A DNA stretch of 64,000 nucleotides from Leptolyngbyaceae cyanobacterium (GCA_965263355.1 CBDHHL010000032.1:3616001-3680000), one strand, 5' to 3'; shown: positions 41,669-52,014, numbered from the stretch's first letter. Made by a program: numbers and translations. Notes: a model not told the origin generated them from the sequence alone.

Positions 41669-42892
41669 CTAGGAGGATAACACCTGGGCGTATTGTTGCC
41701 CGAGGCTCTCCCAGTTAAATTTAGCTTCAATCATCTGACGAGCATTCTGGGACAGGGTTTGACGCAAGGTGGAATCTTCAAATAATTGCCCAATGGCCTT
41801 CACATAGTCTTCGGGGGCATTGGCCCGTAGTGCTCGCAACGGTACGCCTTCCCCATCTACATCCATCCCTTCAAGCCCCCGATCACTGCCTACGACAGGC
41901 ACGCCCACTGCCATGGACTCAAGGGTTTTGGTTTTAATGCCGATGCCTGCACGCAGGGGGACCACACTGATAGTCGATTGTTGTAAGCATTCTGTAATCG
42001 ACGGTACCCGTCCAGTCACAGTCACACCAGGGATATCGTTTAGCGCTTTGACAGCAGTTACAGGGCGGGTACCCACCAAACTCAATGTTGCCTCAGGATA
42101 GCGCTGTTTTACCAGCGGAAAGATTTCCCGAGCCAGATAGCAAGCTGCATCAATATTGTGGGAAGAGTCCATGGCACCAATAAAAATCAAGGATTGACCA
42201 CCGGGGTCATGGGAGCGATAGGGCGACGTTTCTAAATCAACACCCGTTGAGACAATGTGGATGTTGGCATCTGGCATCAGGGTTTGAATATGTTGGCGAT
42301 CATGGGGAGTGGTCACCACTAGATGGGTAAATTTAGCGCAATATCGCTTTTCGTAACGGGCCAAAAGCGGTAAGTAAAGCCGATCGCGCAGGGGATTTTC
42401 AGACGCTCCGGCCTCTAAATGGTCCAGTACCCAGCCATAAACAGAGCTGTGGATATCTGCGACCGTCTTAACCCGGTCGCGAAACGTAGGATCGACATAC
42501 ATTTCATTCACACCATGCTCGCAGATGACAGCATCGTAGTTGCTGGTTTCAACCTGCTGACTCACCCAGGCATAGACCTCTGGAGAAAACCGAAAGGTGA
42601 CACTGGGCGGAGTGCCACTAATCACAAATTGAGCCAGACGCAGCGCTTGCTTGAGTGGATTACGATCGTGATTGGAAACTTGCTTGTCAGGGAGAGGAAA
42701 GGTTTTAATTTCGTTTACCCATTGCTTTAAGGTCTGAATATTGGCCTCAGTTGCATTGGGGGTTTGATGCGCGACTAGGGTGATGTCATGGAGCGGCCCA
42801 ATCTGTCTGAGTAAATTAAATGTGCGTACCTCAGCAGCCCCATGGCTAGGCGGGTAGGGAAACGTATTCAGAGAAAGAACAAGCAGACGCAT
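41669..42892 (-). CDS. Glycosyltransferase family 4
   Basis: PYPPSHG and G.GIKTKTLESMAVGVPVVGS motifs. Confidence 0.9.
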   Translation of the reverse strand: MRLLVLSLNTFPYPPSHGAAEVRTFNLLRQIGPLHDITLVAHQTPNATEANIQTLKQWVNEIKTFPLPDKQVSNHDRNPLKQALRLAQFVISGTPPSVTFRFSPEVYAWVSQQVETSNYDAVICEHGVNEMYVDPTFRDRVKTVADIHSSVYGWVLDHLEAGASENPLRDRLYLPLLARYEKRYCAKFTHLVVTTPHDRQHIQTLMPDANIHIVSTGVDLETSPYRSHDPGGQSLIFIGAMDSSHNIDAACYLAREIFPLVKQRYPEATLSLVGTRPVTAVKALNDIPGVTVTGRVPSITECLQQSTISVVPLRAGIGIKTKTLESMAVGVPVVGSDRGLEGMDVDGEGVPLRALRANAPEDYVKAIGQLFEDSTLRQTLSQNARQMIEAKFNWESLGQQYAQVLSS

Positions 42893-43005
42893 AAAAAAAT
42901 GTTAAGAGAGTAATTGTAGAGTGGGCACTGCCCGTCGTTTACTTGATTTAACGCGATAGACCAGACAGCGCCCACCGTTTAATTTAAGCTAGATAGCTCA
43001 TTGCC

Positions 43006-44004
43006 CTAATCGCTATCTAGCCAGGCAATTTCCTTAGCATTGTCCGGTAATTTTGACTCTCGTTGGCCTTGGCTGCGCGCCCGAAAACAATATAAGCCGA
43101 TGGGGGTCATGGCTAAATCGATCAGATCGGCCTTACCCATCGCTAATTTCAATAGTCCTTTGGGCAGTTCCTTTGCCAACCAGCGGGCCATGGTATAGCG
43201 AACTTCGCGAGGCATTAGAGGTCGAGTCAGCTTGATGCCATGAATCTGATGTAAATACCGGTTAGAGCGTCCATAGCGATACCACTGTTTGTGAAGTTCT
43301 TTCAAGGTAGACCGATGATGATGCTGGACAATGGCTGTTTGGGCGTAGTGTAACTGCCAACCCCCGTCTTTTTGCAGTCGCCAGCAGATGTCAGCATCTC
43401 CCCCGGTGGTCATATGGGGACGAAAGAGACCTATTTTTTTGAAGGCAGAGGCCCGAATGGCAATATTGGCTGTTTGACCATAGGGGCAGAATGCATGCTT
43501 GAGGGTGTCCTGTTGGGACATGATGTTTTTGCGCTCGGCATAGCGTTCCAGCCAGGTGTTACCTGGCAATGCCGTAATTTCGCCTACACATAGACCGACA
43601 GCATGATCTTGAAAGCCTTGGACCAAGTTTTCTAGCCAGGTGGATGCGGGATAGCAGTCAGCGTCCGTAAAGGCTAGAATTTCACCCGTTGCTGCCCGAA
43701 TGCCAGTGTTGCGAGCAGCGTAGGCACTTTGTATCTGGGTTTCACTGAGATGCTTGAAGGTTAGACCGATAGATTGAGCTTGGGTAACCGCAGCTTTGAG
43801 GATGGTGGGGGTGCGATCGCAGCTACCATTATCCACCAGTAGATAATCCACCCGCTCTGTTGGATAGGTTTGTCCTAGCAGGCAGTCAATCAAACCAGGT
43901 AAATCGGTTTCGCCATTGTAGATAGGTACAATCACCGAGACCGTTGGGAAAAAACTGACGGGCTGGGTGGGTAAGTCATTGGCAACCATAGAAGCTTGGG
44001 GCAT
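43006..44004 (-). CDS. Glycosyltransferase family 2
   Basis: VSVIVPIYN, VDNGS, AARNTG and FTDADC motifs. Confidence 0.9.
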   Translation of the reverse strand: MPQASMVANDLPTQPVSFFPTVSVIVPIYNGETDLPGLIDCLLGQTYPTERVDYLLVDNGSCDRTPTILKAAVTQAQSIGLTFKHLSETQIQSAYAARNTGIRAATGEILAFTDADCYPASTWLENLVQGFQDHAVGLCVGEITALPGNTWLERYAERKNIMSQQDTLKHAFCPYGQTANIAIRASAFKKIGLFRPHMTTGGDADICWRLQKDGGWQLHYAQTAIVQHHHRSTLKELHKQWYRYGRSNRYLHQIHGIKLTRPLMPREVRYTMARWLAKELPKGLLKLAMGKADLIDLAMTPIGLYCFRARSQGQRESKLPDNAKEIAWLDSD

Positions 44005-44192
44005 TGGTTCTCAACTCAATCTACAGCGACATTTACAGGTAGTTTTGCCACCCATACGTCGAGAATCAACATATAATTGCTGGTCTTTCTAAGGGGGCTC
44101 AGGGTTACTAAGCTGAAGCAATTCTGACAGGTCATATAAAGCCAATCTGTTTAATGCAGGTGATCTTTATGTAATCCTTACTGACATCAAAA

Positions 44193-44324
44193 GGGTATCC
44201 ACTCAAGCCGGGAAATTCTGGTTAAGTAGGAATCTAGAATCCAGGAACCAGAATTCAGAAAGGATATGGCTCCTGGCTCCTGACGTCTATCCTTGAGAAA
44301 ACTTCCCGCTTTAAGTTAGTACCC
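44193..44324. mobile_element. 132-bp MITE with imperfect ~37-bp TIRs and an 8-bp target-site duplication
   Basis: Ends GGGTA...TACCC; CATCAAAA direct repeats at 44185-44192 and 44325-44332. Confidence 0.75.
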
Positions 44325-44374
44325 CATCAAAACTGGTACTACATCAAGATTAAAATTTCAATTAGGGAATTGAA

Positions 44375-44447
44375 TAAACCACGTTTCAGCTGGAACCTGT
44401 AGGCTCTTCTACGGAAAAAATTTAATTTTGGATATGACTAAGGTTTA
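44375..44447 (+). repeat. ~73-bp dispersed TIR repeat, copy C
   Basis: TAAACC...CTTCTACGGAAAAA...AAGGTTTA. Confidence 0.75.
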
Positions 44448-44524
44448 ATTCATTTGCTTTGGTAGCTACACCTGGTTCTATATCTTTAGCCCGAATTGTC
44501 TGACCTGAGAGACTTATTCACATG

Positions 44525-44597
44525 TAAACCATGTCCAAGTTGAAGCCTGTAGATTCTTCACCGGAAAAACTTCAGTTCTAGATGTGGACAAGGTTTA
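44525..44597 (+). repeat. ~73-bp dispersed TIR repeat, copy D
   Basis: TAAACCATGTCCA...TGGACAAGGTTTA, a 12/13 terminal inverted repeat. Confidence 0.85.
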
Positions 44598-44633
44598 GAT
44601 TCTGTACCCATAGTTTAGATTCTGTACCCATAG
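44594..44633. repeat. 20-bp tandem direct repeat
   Basis: TTTAGATTCTGTACCCATAG twice. Confidence 0.85.
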
Positions 44634-44645
44634 ATTTATAGTCCT

Positions 44646-45638
44646 GTGCCTAGAGTTAGTATTTGTATCCCTACCTATAATCGGTCTCAAATTTTGCCCT
44701 ATGCGGTAAACAGCGTTTTGAATCAAACCTATAGCGATTTTGAGCTGATTATCTGTGATGATGCCTCTCCCGATAATACAGCTGAGGTCGTAGCCCAATG
44801 GGACGATCCACGCATTCGCTATATTCGCCATCCGCAAAATATTAAACGAAGCCGCAATATGCGCTCGGGGTATGAGGCTGCCCAGGGCACCTATTTCATC
44901 AAATTTGATGATGATGATGCCCTAACGCCTACATTTTTAGAACGCACGGTTGCTGTCATGGAAAAGCAGCCCAATGTAGATTTTGTTTGTACCGATCACT
45001 GGGTGATTAATGCCCGCAATCAGCGAGATGAAGCGGCCACGGCGGCTAACTCTGCCAAATGGGGCAAAGACCGTTTACCTGAAGCCATAATCGAGGATTT
45101 ACTCAAAGAAACTTTTGTCCACCAAAGTTTGCAGGTGGGATCCACGCTTTTTCGTAAAGCCTGTTTAGGGGCAGTGGACTTTATGCGCTTTGAGGCTGAT
45201 GGCTGTGAAGATTTTGACCTGCTGGTACGGTTGGCGGCGGCGGGCAAAACTGGCTATTTTATCCCTGAAAGGCTGATGGAATATCGATTCCACGGTGGAC
45301 AAACCAGCCTAAAGCAGGATATTCATTTCCTATCCGCTAAGATCTTATGTCTAACCAGTTACCAGTTTGCTGATCGCCCTGAACTAGAGACGGTTCGTCG
45401 TTCTAAGCTGACGGGGTTAAAGCAAGTATTAGCCCTGCGTTTAATTGAGAAAGGCGACGCTCAACAGGGCCGTCAATTGATTCAAGAATTGGCCTCCCTC
45501 GGTCCCTTATCCTCTAAAGCTAAGCTGGGTCAGCTATTGTCATACCTGCCGCTCAGTATTCGTCAGCTGATTTTCCAGGGAGTGCGTCAATTGCGGCCTG
45601 AAGACTACAGTGAGCGAGTGCGTAATGCAGCTGGATAA
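44646..45638 (+). CDS. Glycosyltransferase family 2
   Basis: VSICIPTYNR, CDDAS and FDDDD motifs. Confidence 0.9.
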   Translation: MPRVSICIPTYNRSQILPYAVNSVLNQTYSDFELIICDDASPDNTAEVVAQWDDPRIRYIRHPQNIKRSRNMRSGYEAAQGTYFIKFDDDDALTPTFLERTVAVMEKQPNVDFVCTDHWVINARNQRDEAATAANSAKWGKDRLPEAIIEDLLKETFVHQSLQVGSTLFRKACLGAVDFMRFEADGCEDFDLLVRLAAAGKTGYFIPERLMEYRFHGGQTSLKQDIHFLSAKILCLTSYQFADRPELETVRRSKLTGLKQVLALRLIEKGDAQQGRQLIQELASLGPLSSKAKLGQLLSYLPLSIRQLIFQGVRQLRPEDYSERVRNAAG

Positions 45639-46569
45639 TAAGAAGCCATGGTTAGGGCTAATGCTATCTGTTTGGCTGGGGGTAGCAGGCAGTTTGGCCC
45701 AATGTGCTGTGCCATCAGACTCTGAGCCATTACCTCAGGCAAATATGGCTGTTCAACAACGAAAAGAGTGGCCTCGACCTACCCTGACAATGTACAACTG
45801 GCCGAACAACGATGCGCCCCTAGCTCTGGTTCACGTGGTGACCATTCCCCCCGATTATCCAGTTGAGGTGGCCATTGGTGATCAACTCAAAACGGTAGAA
45901 GAGTTTGCTGCGGATACTGGGGCTGTCGCAGTGCTCAATGGTGGCTTTTTTGACCCCAATAATGGGGAAACGACTTCATTTATTACTATCAATGGCGAGC
46001 TTGTGGCCGACCCTCGCCATAACCGTGGATTAATCGAGAACCCTGATCTAGCGGCTTATATGGATAAAATTCTCAATCGTTCTGAGTTTCGTCGCTATGA
46101 TTGTGGGGGAGCTGTCCGTTACGATATCACGCTCCACAATGCTCCTTTTGCCAATGGCTGTACATTGCATAGTGCTCTGGGGGCAGGGCCACAGTTGCTG
46201 CCAGATACTGCTCAAGCTGAAGGGTTCACTGACTATGCTGACGGTAACCTGACGCGTGATGCCATTGGAAGTCAGCAACGCAATGCTCGTAGTGCCATTG
46301 GTATAAAGCGAGATGGCACGTTGCTTTGGGCTATGGTGGCACAGACGGCGTCAACCAATGGCATGACCTTAGCCGAGCTAACCCAATTTATGGCAACAGT
46401 TTTGGCGGCTGAGAAGGCGTTGAATCTAGATGGTGGTAGCTCATCATCGCTATATGTGACCGAGGCTATCAGCCATAATGGTTTGACTCAAAGCTATTAT
46501 GGACGGCTGGATCAAAACGGCAATACAATACAGCGCCCTGTCAAGTCTGTTTTATTAATGCTGAGATAA
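45610..46569 (+). CDS. Phosphodiester glycosidase (NAGPA/DUF2233) family exported protein
   Basis: NGGFF, AGPQL, ARSAIG and ALNLDGGSSS motifs; the start may be ATG 45625. Confidence 0.88.
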   Translation: MSECVMQLDNKKPWLGLMLSVWLGVAGSLAQCAVPSDSEPLPQANMAVQQRKEWPRPTLTMYNWPNNDAPLALVHVVTIPPDYPVEVAIGDQLKTVEEFAADTGAVAVLNGGFFDPNNGETTSFITINGELVADPRHNRGLIENPDLAAYMDKILNRSEFRRYDCGGAVRYDITLHNAPFANGCTLHSALGAGPQLLPDTAQAEGFTDYADGNLTRDAIGSQQRNARSAIGIKRDGTLLWAMVAQTASTNGMTLAELTQFMATVLAAEKALNLDGGSSSSLYVTEAISHNGLTQSYYGRLDQNGNTIQRPVKSVLLMLR

Positions 46570-46655
46570 GTAATTGTTACGTCAAGCTCAAAATTTTTTG
46601 AGTAAGACAGAAATGGTGATTGGTAAATGGTGTTGGTGTTTCAACAGTCTGATAT

Positions 46656-47132
46656 CTATGAATCTTTAGAGTGAAGAGTAGCCTGTTGTAAATAGCCGAG
46701 TTGAATCAGCACCCAACAGATGGCCCCGTAGACTGCACCTGCAGTGATGAGAATTTTGTACTCTGGATCGACTGCAATTTGCATGGCTGGTGGTGTCAAA
46801 ATCATTCCTGAAAGGATAGATGTGATTACAGATGTCACCACAAAACTAAAGGAGCCAATCACACGCTTAACGCGTTTAGTCGTAATTTTGGAGGAGTGTT
46901 TAGCTTGGTTGAGCAGTGACTGTACACTTTCCAAACGCACATCGACCCAGGGCCAGAGCCGCATGCCGGTAATAAAGGCAACGGGAAACATCAAGAATCC
47001 AACCAGACCATGCCATTGCGAATAGGGGGCGATCATGGCAGTTAGATGGGTCCCTCCGAAACTACCGCCAAAAAGAAGTAGTGCTGATGTAAAAAAGTTA
47101 ACTGTCGACCTTGGCGTTGGGGACGATGACAT
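46656..47132 (-). CDS. Hypothetical 4-TM membrane protein
   Basis: Four hydrophobic segments in a 158-aa ORF. Confidence 0.6.
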   Translation of the reverse strand: MSSSPTPRSTVNFFTSALLLFGGSFGGTHLTAMIAPYSQWHGLVGFLMFPVAFITGMRLWPWVDVRLESVQSLLNQAKHSSKITTKRVKRVIGSFSFVVTSVITSILSGMILTPPAMQIAVDPEYKILITAGAVYGAICWVLIQLGYLQQATLHSKDS

Positions 47133-47238
47133 TGGGGCGGGGTGATTTAGATTTATCTATTACGCTTACAGACAAATCCAGAGGATGTACGGAAAGTCAT
47201 CATGAACTTATGGATAAGTATTCTTTATAAATTTTTAT

Positions 47239-48672
47239 TTAGAATAGACGGGTACTGATGGCTTGAGGCATCGGCAATACAATCAATGCTAAAAGCGCCA
47301 TTGCTAATAAACCCAAGGCATCGCGCATGCCATCAAGTTCGCTGACGTCGTCAAGGGCTGGCTCATCTCGGCTAGGCATAAATATGAGTAGCACTGCCCA
47401 CAGCAGATATGCCTGCTGAATAAATGCCATAGCGGCGACCAAAATCCGAGCAATATTGCCAATTGCGGCTCCCCCCCAGCGACCATACATAGCATGGACA
47501 ATATGGCCTCCATCAAGCTGTCCAACGGGCATTAGATTCAAGGCTGTCAGAACCAGGCCTAGACAACCTGCGATCGCAACCGAATGTAAATAAATGGCAT
47601 GGTCCATCTGTAAATTGGCTCCCAGGGCCAACTTACTCAGCAGTGCCAATAGCATTGAACCTTTGGGGTCTAGGGACTGAAAGTTAAACAGGCTAGATTC
47701 CTCGGTGAGGTTTACGATTTGGGAATGGGCCAAGCCCCAAATCACAATTGGCAAAGTGACTATAAATCCTGCCAGGGGACCCGCTATGCCTAAATCAAAT
47801 AGAGCCCGACGGTGGGGAGCAGGGGCTTTGATGCGGACAAAAGCGCCAACAGTGCCAAGGAAATAGGGAACCGGAATAAAAAATGGAGCCGATGCTGGGA
47901 TGTGATGGCGACGAGCCATGGCGTAGTGGGCTAGCTCTCGAACGGCCAAAATCATCATTACTGCCAGACTATACCCTAGACCTTTGACCACAATGGCTGG
48001 CTGAGAACGCAATTCTACAAACGAGATATCGCCTACTAGAACTAGTCCCGCCAGGGTAGTCGTGCATAAGGTCAAAATAAATAACAAGATTGATAACAAC
48101 CATCCACTACCCTTCGCTGATTGGGGTGCCTCCCGATTGGGTACCAGGGTGAACACCGGATGGCCATTGCGTTCTTCTTGCAGAACAACTAAAAACTGAT
48201 TGCCAAATTGCGATCGCACATTTTTCTGAACGGTACTGTGGGCTACTGCTGGTGTCGCTTTCAGTCGTCCACGACAGATCATCATTTGTTGACGGTGCTC
48301 AATGGTTTGTAGAAAGTAAACAGACCAAGGAAAACATGTTCGCAGTCGCTCTTCCTCTTCCCGTGCCATGAGCATTGGCGGTGGTTCTGGGCGTGGCCGC
48401 GGCGATGATACAGGTATCTTTGCCTGGGGGCGTCGTCCCAACAAGACTACCCACGTGTAGACCAAGGGGCAAACAATAAATAGCCCCAAAATCAAAGGAT
48501 TAGGTGGCGTATCGCGACCATACTTGAGAACCCATGCGGTGAGGGAAAAGATAGGCGTCATCACAATCAGCCACAATAACCAGACCGGTGAACGTGTCAT
48601 CGTTGCCACTCCACGATGAATCACCCAGTAGGTCAAAATTCCCAGTAATATCGATAACAATACAAATGTCAT
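47239..48672 (-). CDS. Site-2 protease (M50, EGY-like) family protein with altered HExxH motif
   Basis: AGPLAG and NLMPVGQLDGGH motifs present; the HExxH position reads RELAH. Confidence 0.85.
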   Translation of the reverse strand: MTFVLLSILLGILTYWVIHRGVATMTRSPVWLLWLIVMTPIFSLTAWVLKYGRDTPPNPLILGLFIVCPLVYTWVVLLGRRPQAKIPVSSPRPRPEPPPMLMAREEEERLRTCFPWSVYFLQTIEHRQQMMICRGRLKATPAVAHSTVQKNVRSQFGNQFLVVLQEERNGHPVFTLVPNREAPQSAKGSGWLLSILLFILTLCTTTLAGLVLVGDISFVELRSQPAIVVKGLGYSLAVMMILAVRELAHYAMARRHHIPASAPFFIPVPYFLGTVGAFVRIKAPAPHRRALFDLGIAGPLAGFIVTLPIVIWGLAHSQIVNLTEESSLFNFQSLDPKGSMLLALLSKLALGANLQMDHAIYLHSVAIAGCLGLVLTALNLMPVGQLDGGHIVHAMYGRWGGAAIGNIARILVAAMAFIQQAYLLWAVLLIFMPSRDEPALDDVSELDGMRDALGLLAMALLALIVLPMPQAISTRLF

Positions 48673-48693
48673 AAACCCACGGCAAAGCCTTTT

Positions 48694-49458
48694 TTGGAGA
48701 TCTTGGTGTCTATTTCAGAAACAAATCTGGGCAATAGCCCTACAACTAGTGAAACAGCTCGATCGACCGCAAAGCTTCCCCAGTCGGTATTTGGCAGTGA
48801 CGCTGTTGCCTATGCGTTCCCCCCCAATCGTGAGACACTTGGGGGTACAGCTTACTTAGTAATGCATACGTCTGCATCAGACAGCAATTCTGTTGCAAGA
48901 AAAAACATTCTAGTCGACTGTCCTGCCTGGACTGAGACCAATGTAGACTTTATTGCCCAGCAGGGAGGACTCCAATGGCTGGTGATTACCCACCGGGGTG
49001 GCAGCAGTCATGTCCGTGACTGGCAAGCTCACTTTGAGTGTGATGTTGTGCTTCAAGAGCAAGAGGCCTATTTATTGCCCCAGGTCAATACTCAAACATT
49101 CCATCGCGACTTAAGGTTGACTCCTGAGCATTGGCTTCTGTGGACCTCTGGTCATTCACCCGGCTCAGCCTGTCTTTACAGCTCAGCCCAAGGCGGCATC
49201 CTATTCAGTGGGCGTCACATTTTGCCTACCCGTCAGGGTGGAGCTGCTCCCTTGCGTGTTTCCAAAACGTTTCATTGGCCACGCCAGCTGCGATCTATCA
49301 AACAGCTGATAGATGAATTTACGCCTCAAACCCTGAGCTATATTTGCCCAGGGGCCAATACTGGGTTTCTGAGGGGGCAGCGATTTATTAGTGGGGCCTA
49401 TGGCCAGTTGGCTGCCTTAGATTTTCAGGAATTGGCGAGGCAGCAAGTTTTACTTTAG
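48694..49458 (+). CDS. MBL-fold metallo-hydrolase
   Basis: PPNRETLGGTAY, LVDCP, ITHRGG and GHSPGS motifs; start position uncertain. Confidence 0.8.
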   Translation: MEILVSISETNLGNSPTTSETARSTAKLPQSVFGSDAVAYAFPPNRETLGGTAYLVMHTSASDSNSVARKNILVDCPAWTETNVDFIAQQGGLQWLVITHRGGSSHVRDWQAHFECDVVLQEQEAYLLPQVNTQTFHRDLRLTPEHWLLWTSGHSPGSACLYSSAQGGILFSGRHILPTRQGGAAPLRVSKTFHWPRQLRSIKQLIDEFTPQTLSYICPGANTGFLRGQRFISGAYGQLAALDFQELARQQVLL

Positions 49459-50723
49459 GAAGTTTTTATTGCTAAGTGCTGCTCCAATATTTCATCCACG
49501 GGTAGATTTGCTGGATGCATAAGCCAAGTACGGTGGCAGGGTTGAATCAGCGTTTGCACCAGGGGAGATAATTGGCTTATGGCGACTAATCCTGCATGGG
49601 TTTTGAGCTTAATACCACGCTGGTAAAGGGTATAGCCGCGATTGCGTATATGGCGCAGACTGACATAGATTTCTGGGTTGGGCACAATGCCATAGGCTCG
49701 GCATCGTGCGGCTGATAGGATGTCGGTCTGTTGTGAATAAGTATATTGACTGATTTCTGTTGCCTTTGGCAGTCGACGATTGACAAACCGTTGGCATAGG
49801 TCAGCTAAGATCGAATCCCTGTGAGTTTGCCAACGCTGCAAGTGATAGTGCAAAACGTAATCATCCTGAGCTAAATAGTCTGCCAAAGAGAGTTGATCAA
49901 TCTCGTGGCTTAACCAAGCAGTCATGGTATTGTCTGCCTCTAAAGCCTTGTCAGCCATGAGCTTACGTGCTCTACGCATAGCTTGCTCTAAAACCCACGT
50001 AGCCACTAAGTTCTTGGGGTGGTTATAGATTTGGGCATACATAAAATAGCGCACCACAAGATAGTGTTCGATTGAGCCTAATCCTTTTCTGGCAACAATT
50101 AATTGCTGGCTGGTTGGATCATAGTCCAGGGCTAGGATAATTCGATCAAGATCGAGTTGGCCATAGGAAGCCCCGGTGAAATAGCTGTCCCGCATGAGGT
50201 AATCGATGCGATCGCAATCCAACTGACTCGATACCAATTGCCACACACAGGGCACAGGATGCTGATGCTGATAAATTTGCTGAATCTCAAGTTGTAGATT
50301 TAACGAAAATGCATCCAACCGTTGCCGTATTTCAGGAGATTCCTTCAGGATGCGTATGGTCCAATGCTCATGATGTCCACCAAATACTTCTTCAGCAGTA
50401 TGGCTAAAGGGACCATGGCCCACATCATGGAGTAGCGCCGCACATAGGACTGCCGCACGATAAGTACCTAATTCTGGATAAATTGCAGCGAGTCGGTCAA
50501 ATGCTCGTCGCGCAATAGCCATCACTCCTAAAGAATGGGTAAAGCGTGAACTTTCTGCACCATGAAACGTTAGGCTTGCTGGCCCTAACTGTCGAATTCG
50601 TCGCAGTCGCTGAAACGGAACTGTATCAATCAGCTCAATCAGTAGTGCCTCTACCGGGTCAGCCCGATCTAGAGTAATAGCACCGTGAAGCGGATCGTGA
50701 TAAGTACGAGTTTTGGGCGACAC
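49455..50723 (-). CDS. HD-domain phosphohydrolase (dNTPase-like)
   Basis: FQRLRRIRQLG, SRFTHSLG, LLHDVGHGPFSH and DCDRIDYL motifs. Confidence 0.9.
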   Translation of the reverse strand: MSPKTRTYHDPLHGAITLDRADPVEALLIELIDTVPFQRLRRIRQLGPASLTFHGAESSRFTHSLGVMAIARRAFDRLAAIYPELGTYRAAVLCAALLHDVGHGPFSHTAEEVFGGHHEHWTIRILKESPEIRQRLDAFSLNLQLEIQQIYQHQHPVPCVWQLVSSQLDCDRIDYLMRDSYFTGASYGQLDLDRIILALDYDPTSQQLIVARKGLGSIEHYLVVRYFMYAQIYNHPKNLVATWVLEQAMRRARKLMADKALEADNTMTAWLSHEIDQLSLADYLAQDDYVLHYHLQRWQTHRDSILADLCQRFVNRRLPKATEISQYTYSQQTDILSAARCRAYGIVPNPEIYVSLRHIRNRGYTLYQRGIKLKTHAGLVAISQLSPLVQTLIQPCHRTWLMHPANLPVDEILEQHLAIKTS

Positions 50724-50742
50724 GATTATGGCATGGAGGATA

Positions 50743-52014
50743 TTAAGTCGTAGAGGTGATTAGAGATTGCATGAGCGTTTCAACAGCTGCCCGATACTGT
50801 GCATCTTCACTAGTTGCAAACTGAGCACGGGTCAACGGTTCGGTCGTCACTGTCAGATCAGGCGTAATGCCTAACTTATGGATATCGTGATGGTTAGGGG
50901 TTTCATATTTAGCAACCGTCACCGCTAGGCCAGACCCATGGTTCAAATCAAATAATGACTGAATTAATCCTTTACCAAAAGTAGTTTCTCCCACCAATTG
51001 GGCGCGATGATTATCTTGAAGCGCGCCTGCTAAAATTTCACTCGCGCTAGCAGTTCCTCCATTAACGACCAAAACCAATGGCTTCTGAGTTAACGCATCA
51101 GCTCCAGCTTCAAAACTTTCTAATATGCCTTGGCGATTGACCGTATAAACAATAGTGCCCTCATTCAGCCACAGCCTAGCGATTTCAATCCCCGCTTGCA
51201 ACAGTCCGCCTGGATTATTGCGTAAATCCAGAATGTAACCCATGGCCCCTTGGTGCTCCAATTGCGTTATGGCTGCGCTAAGATCTTCAACGGCATTACC
51301 GTTAAATTGTCCTAATCGCAGGTACCCAAGCTTACTGTCATGCTCAGAACGTAATTCTGAGAATACGGGATTTAGGTTAATACGTTCACGGGTTAGATTG
51401 ACCTCAAAGGGTACAGTTTCTGCACGTTCAACACCAAGGGTAACAATCGTACCCGCTGGGCCACGCATCCGAGCCGCAGCTTCATCCAATGAAAAGGCTT
51501 CGGTTGATACCCCATTAATTGAGACAATCTTGTCCTTGGGGGATAATCCTGCTCGGTCTGCCGGGGATCCAACGATCGGTGCAATCACTCGCAAGTGCTG
51601 ATTTTCATCATCCTTAGCAATTTGTAACCCTACTCCTAACAGTTCTCCAGAGGTATTGGTTTGCAAGCTTTGATATTGCTCGGGAGGTAAAAAGCGTGTG
51701 TAAGGGTCATCCAGATTTTCTAGCATTGTCTGGGCTTCCTTGTAAGCATCGTCCCAAGTATTGAGTTGATGTTTTAAGGCTTTGTTGCGGATGAACCACC
51801 AATTGTGATGATTAAAGGTTTCGTCTAAATAGGCTCGATTAACAATTCGCCAAACTTCCATTACCAGCTTCTGTTGCTCTGTAAAAGCCAGTGCAGGTGT
51901 ATGGCCAAACCCCAAATTTATAATCGTTGCGATACATACTGCACAGACACTTCTCAAAAGAACTACGCGTAGCAGCCCAATTTTTCTCATTCTTCGCCAT
52001 AGCTCAAACAACAC
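50743..52014 (-). CDS. ctpA: Carboxyl-terminal processing protease (S41, D1-processing type)
   Basis: PDZ domain; LDLRNNPGG, TASASEI and GKGLIQ motifs; divergent from petB. Confidence 0.85.
   Translation of the reverse strand: MLFELWRRMRKIGLLRVVLLRSVCAVCIATIINLGFGHTPALAFTEQQKLVMEVWRIVNRAYLDETFNHHNWWFIRNKALKHQLNTWDDAYKEAQTMLENLDDPYTRFLPPEQYQSLQTNTSGELLGVGLQIAKDDENQHLRVIAPIVGSPADRAGLSPKDKIVSINGVSTEAFSLDEAAARMRGPAGTIVTLGVERAETVPFEVNLTRERINLNPVFSELRSEHDSKLGYLRLGQFNGNAVEDLSAAITQLEHQGAMGYILDLRNNPGGLLQAGIEIARLWLNEGTIVYTVNRQGILESFEAGADALTQKPLVLVVNGGTASASEILAGALQDNHRAQLVGETTFGKGLIQSLFDLNHGSGLAVTVAKYETPNHHDIHKLGITPDLTVTTEPLTRAQFATSEDAQYRAAVETLMQSLITSTT

Noticed and set aside
44375..44597. Two similar 73-bp repeats 150 bp apart as a possible CRISPR array
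   Set aside because: The units are too long and too diverged, there are only two, the family is dispersed elsewhere in the window, and there are no cas genes.
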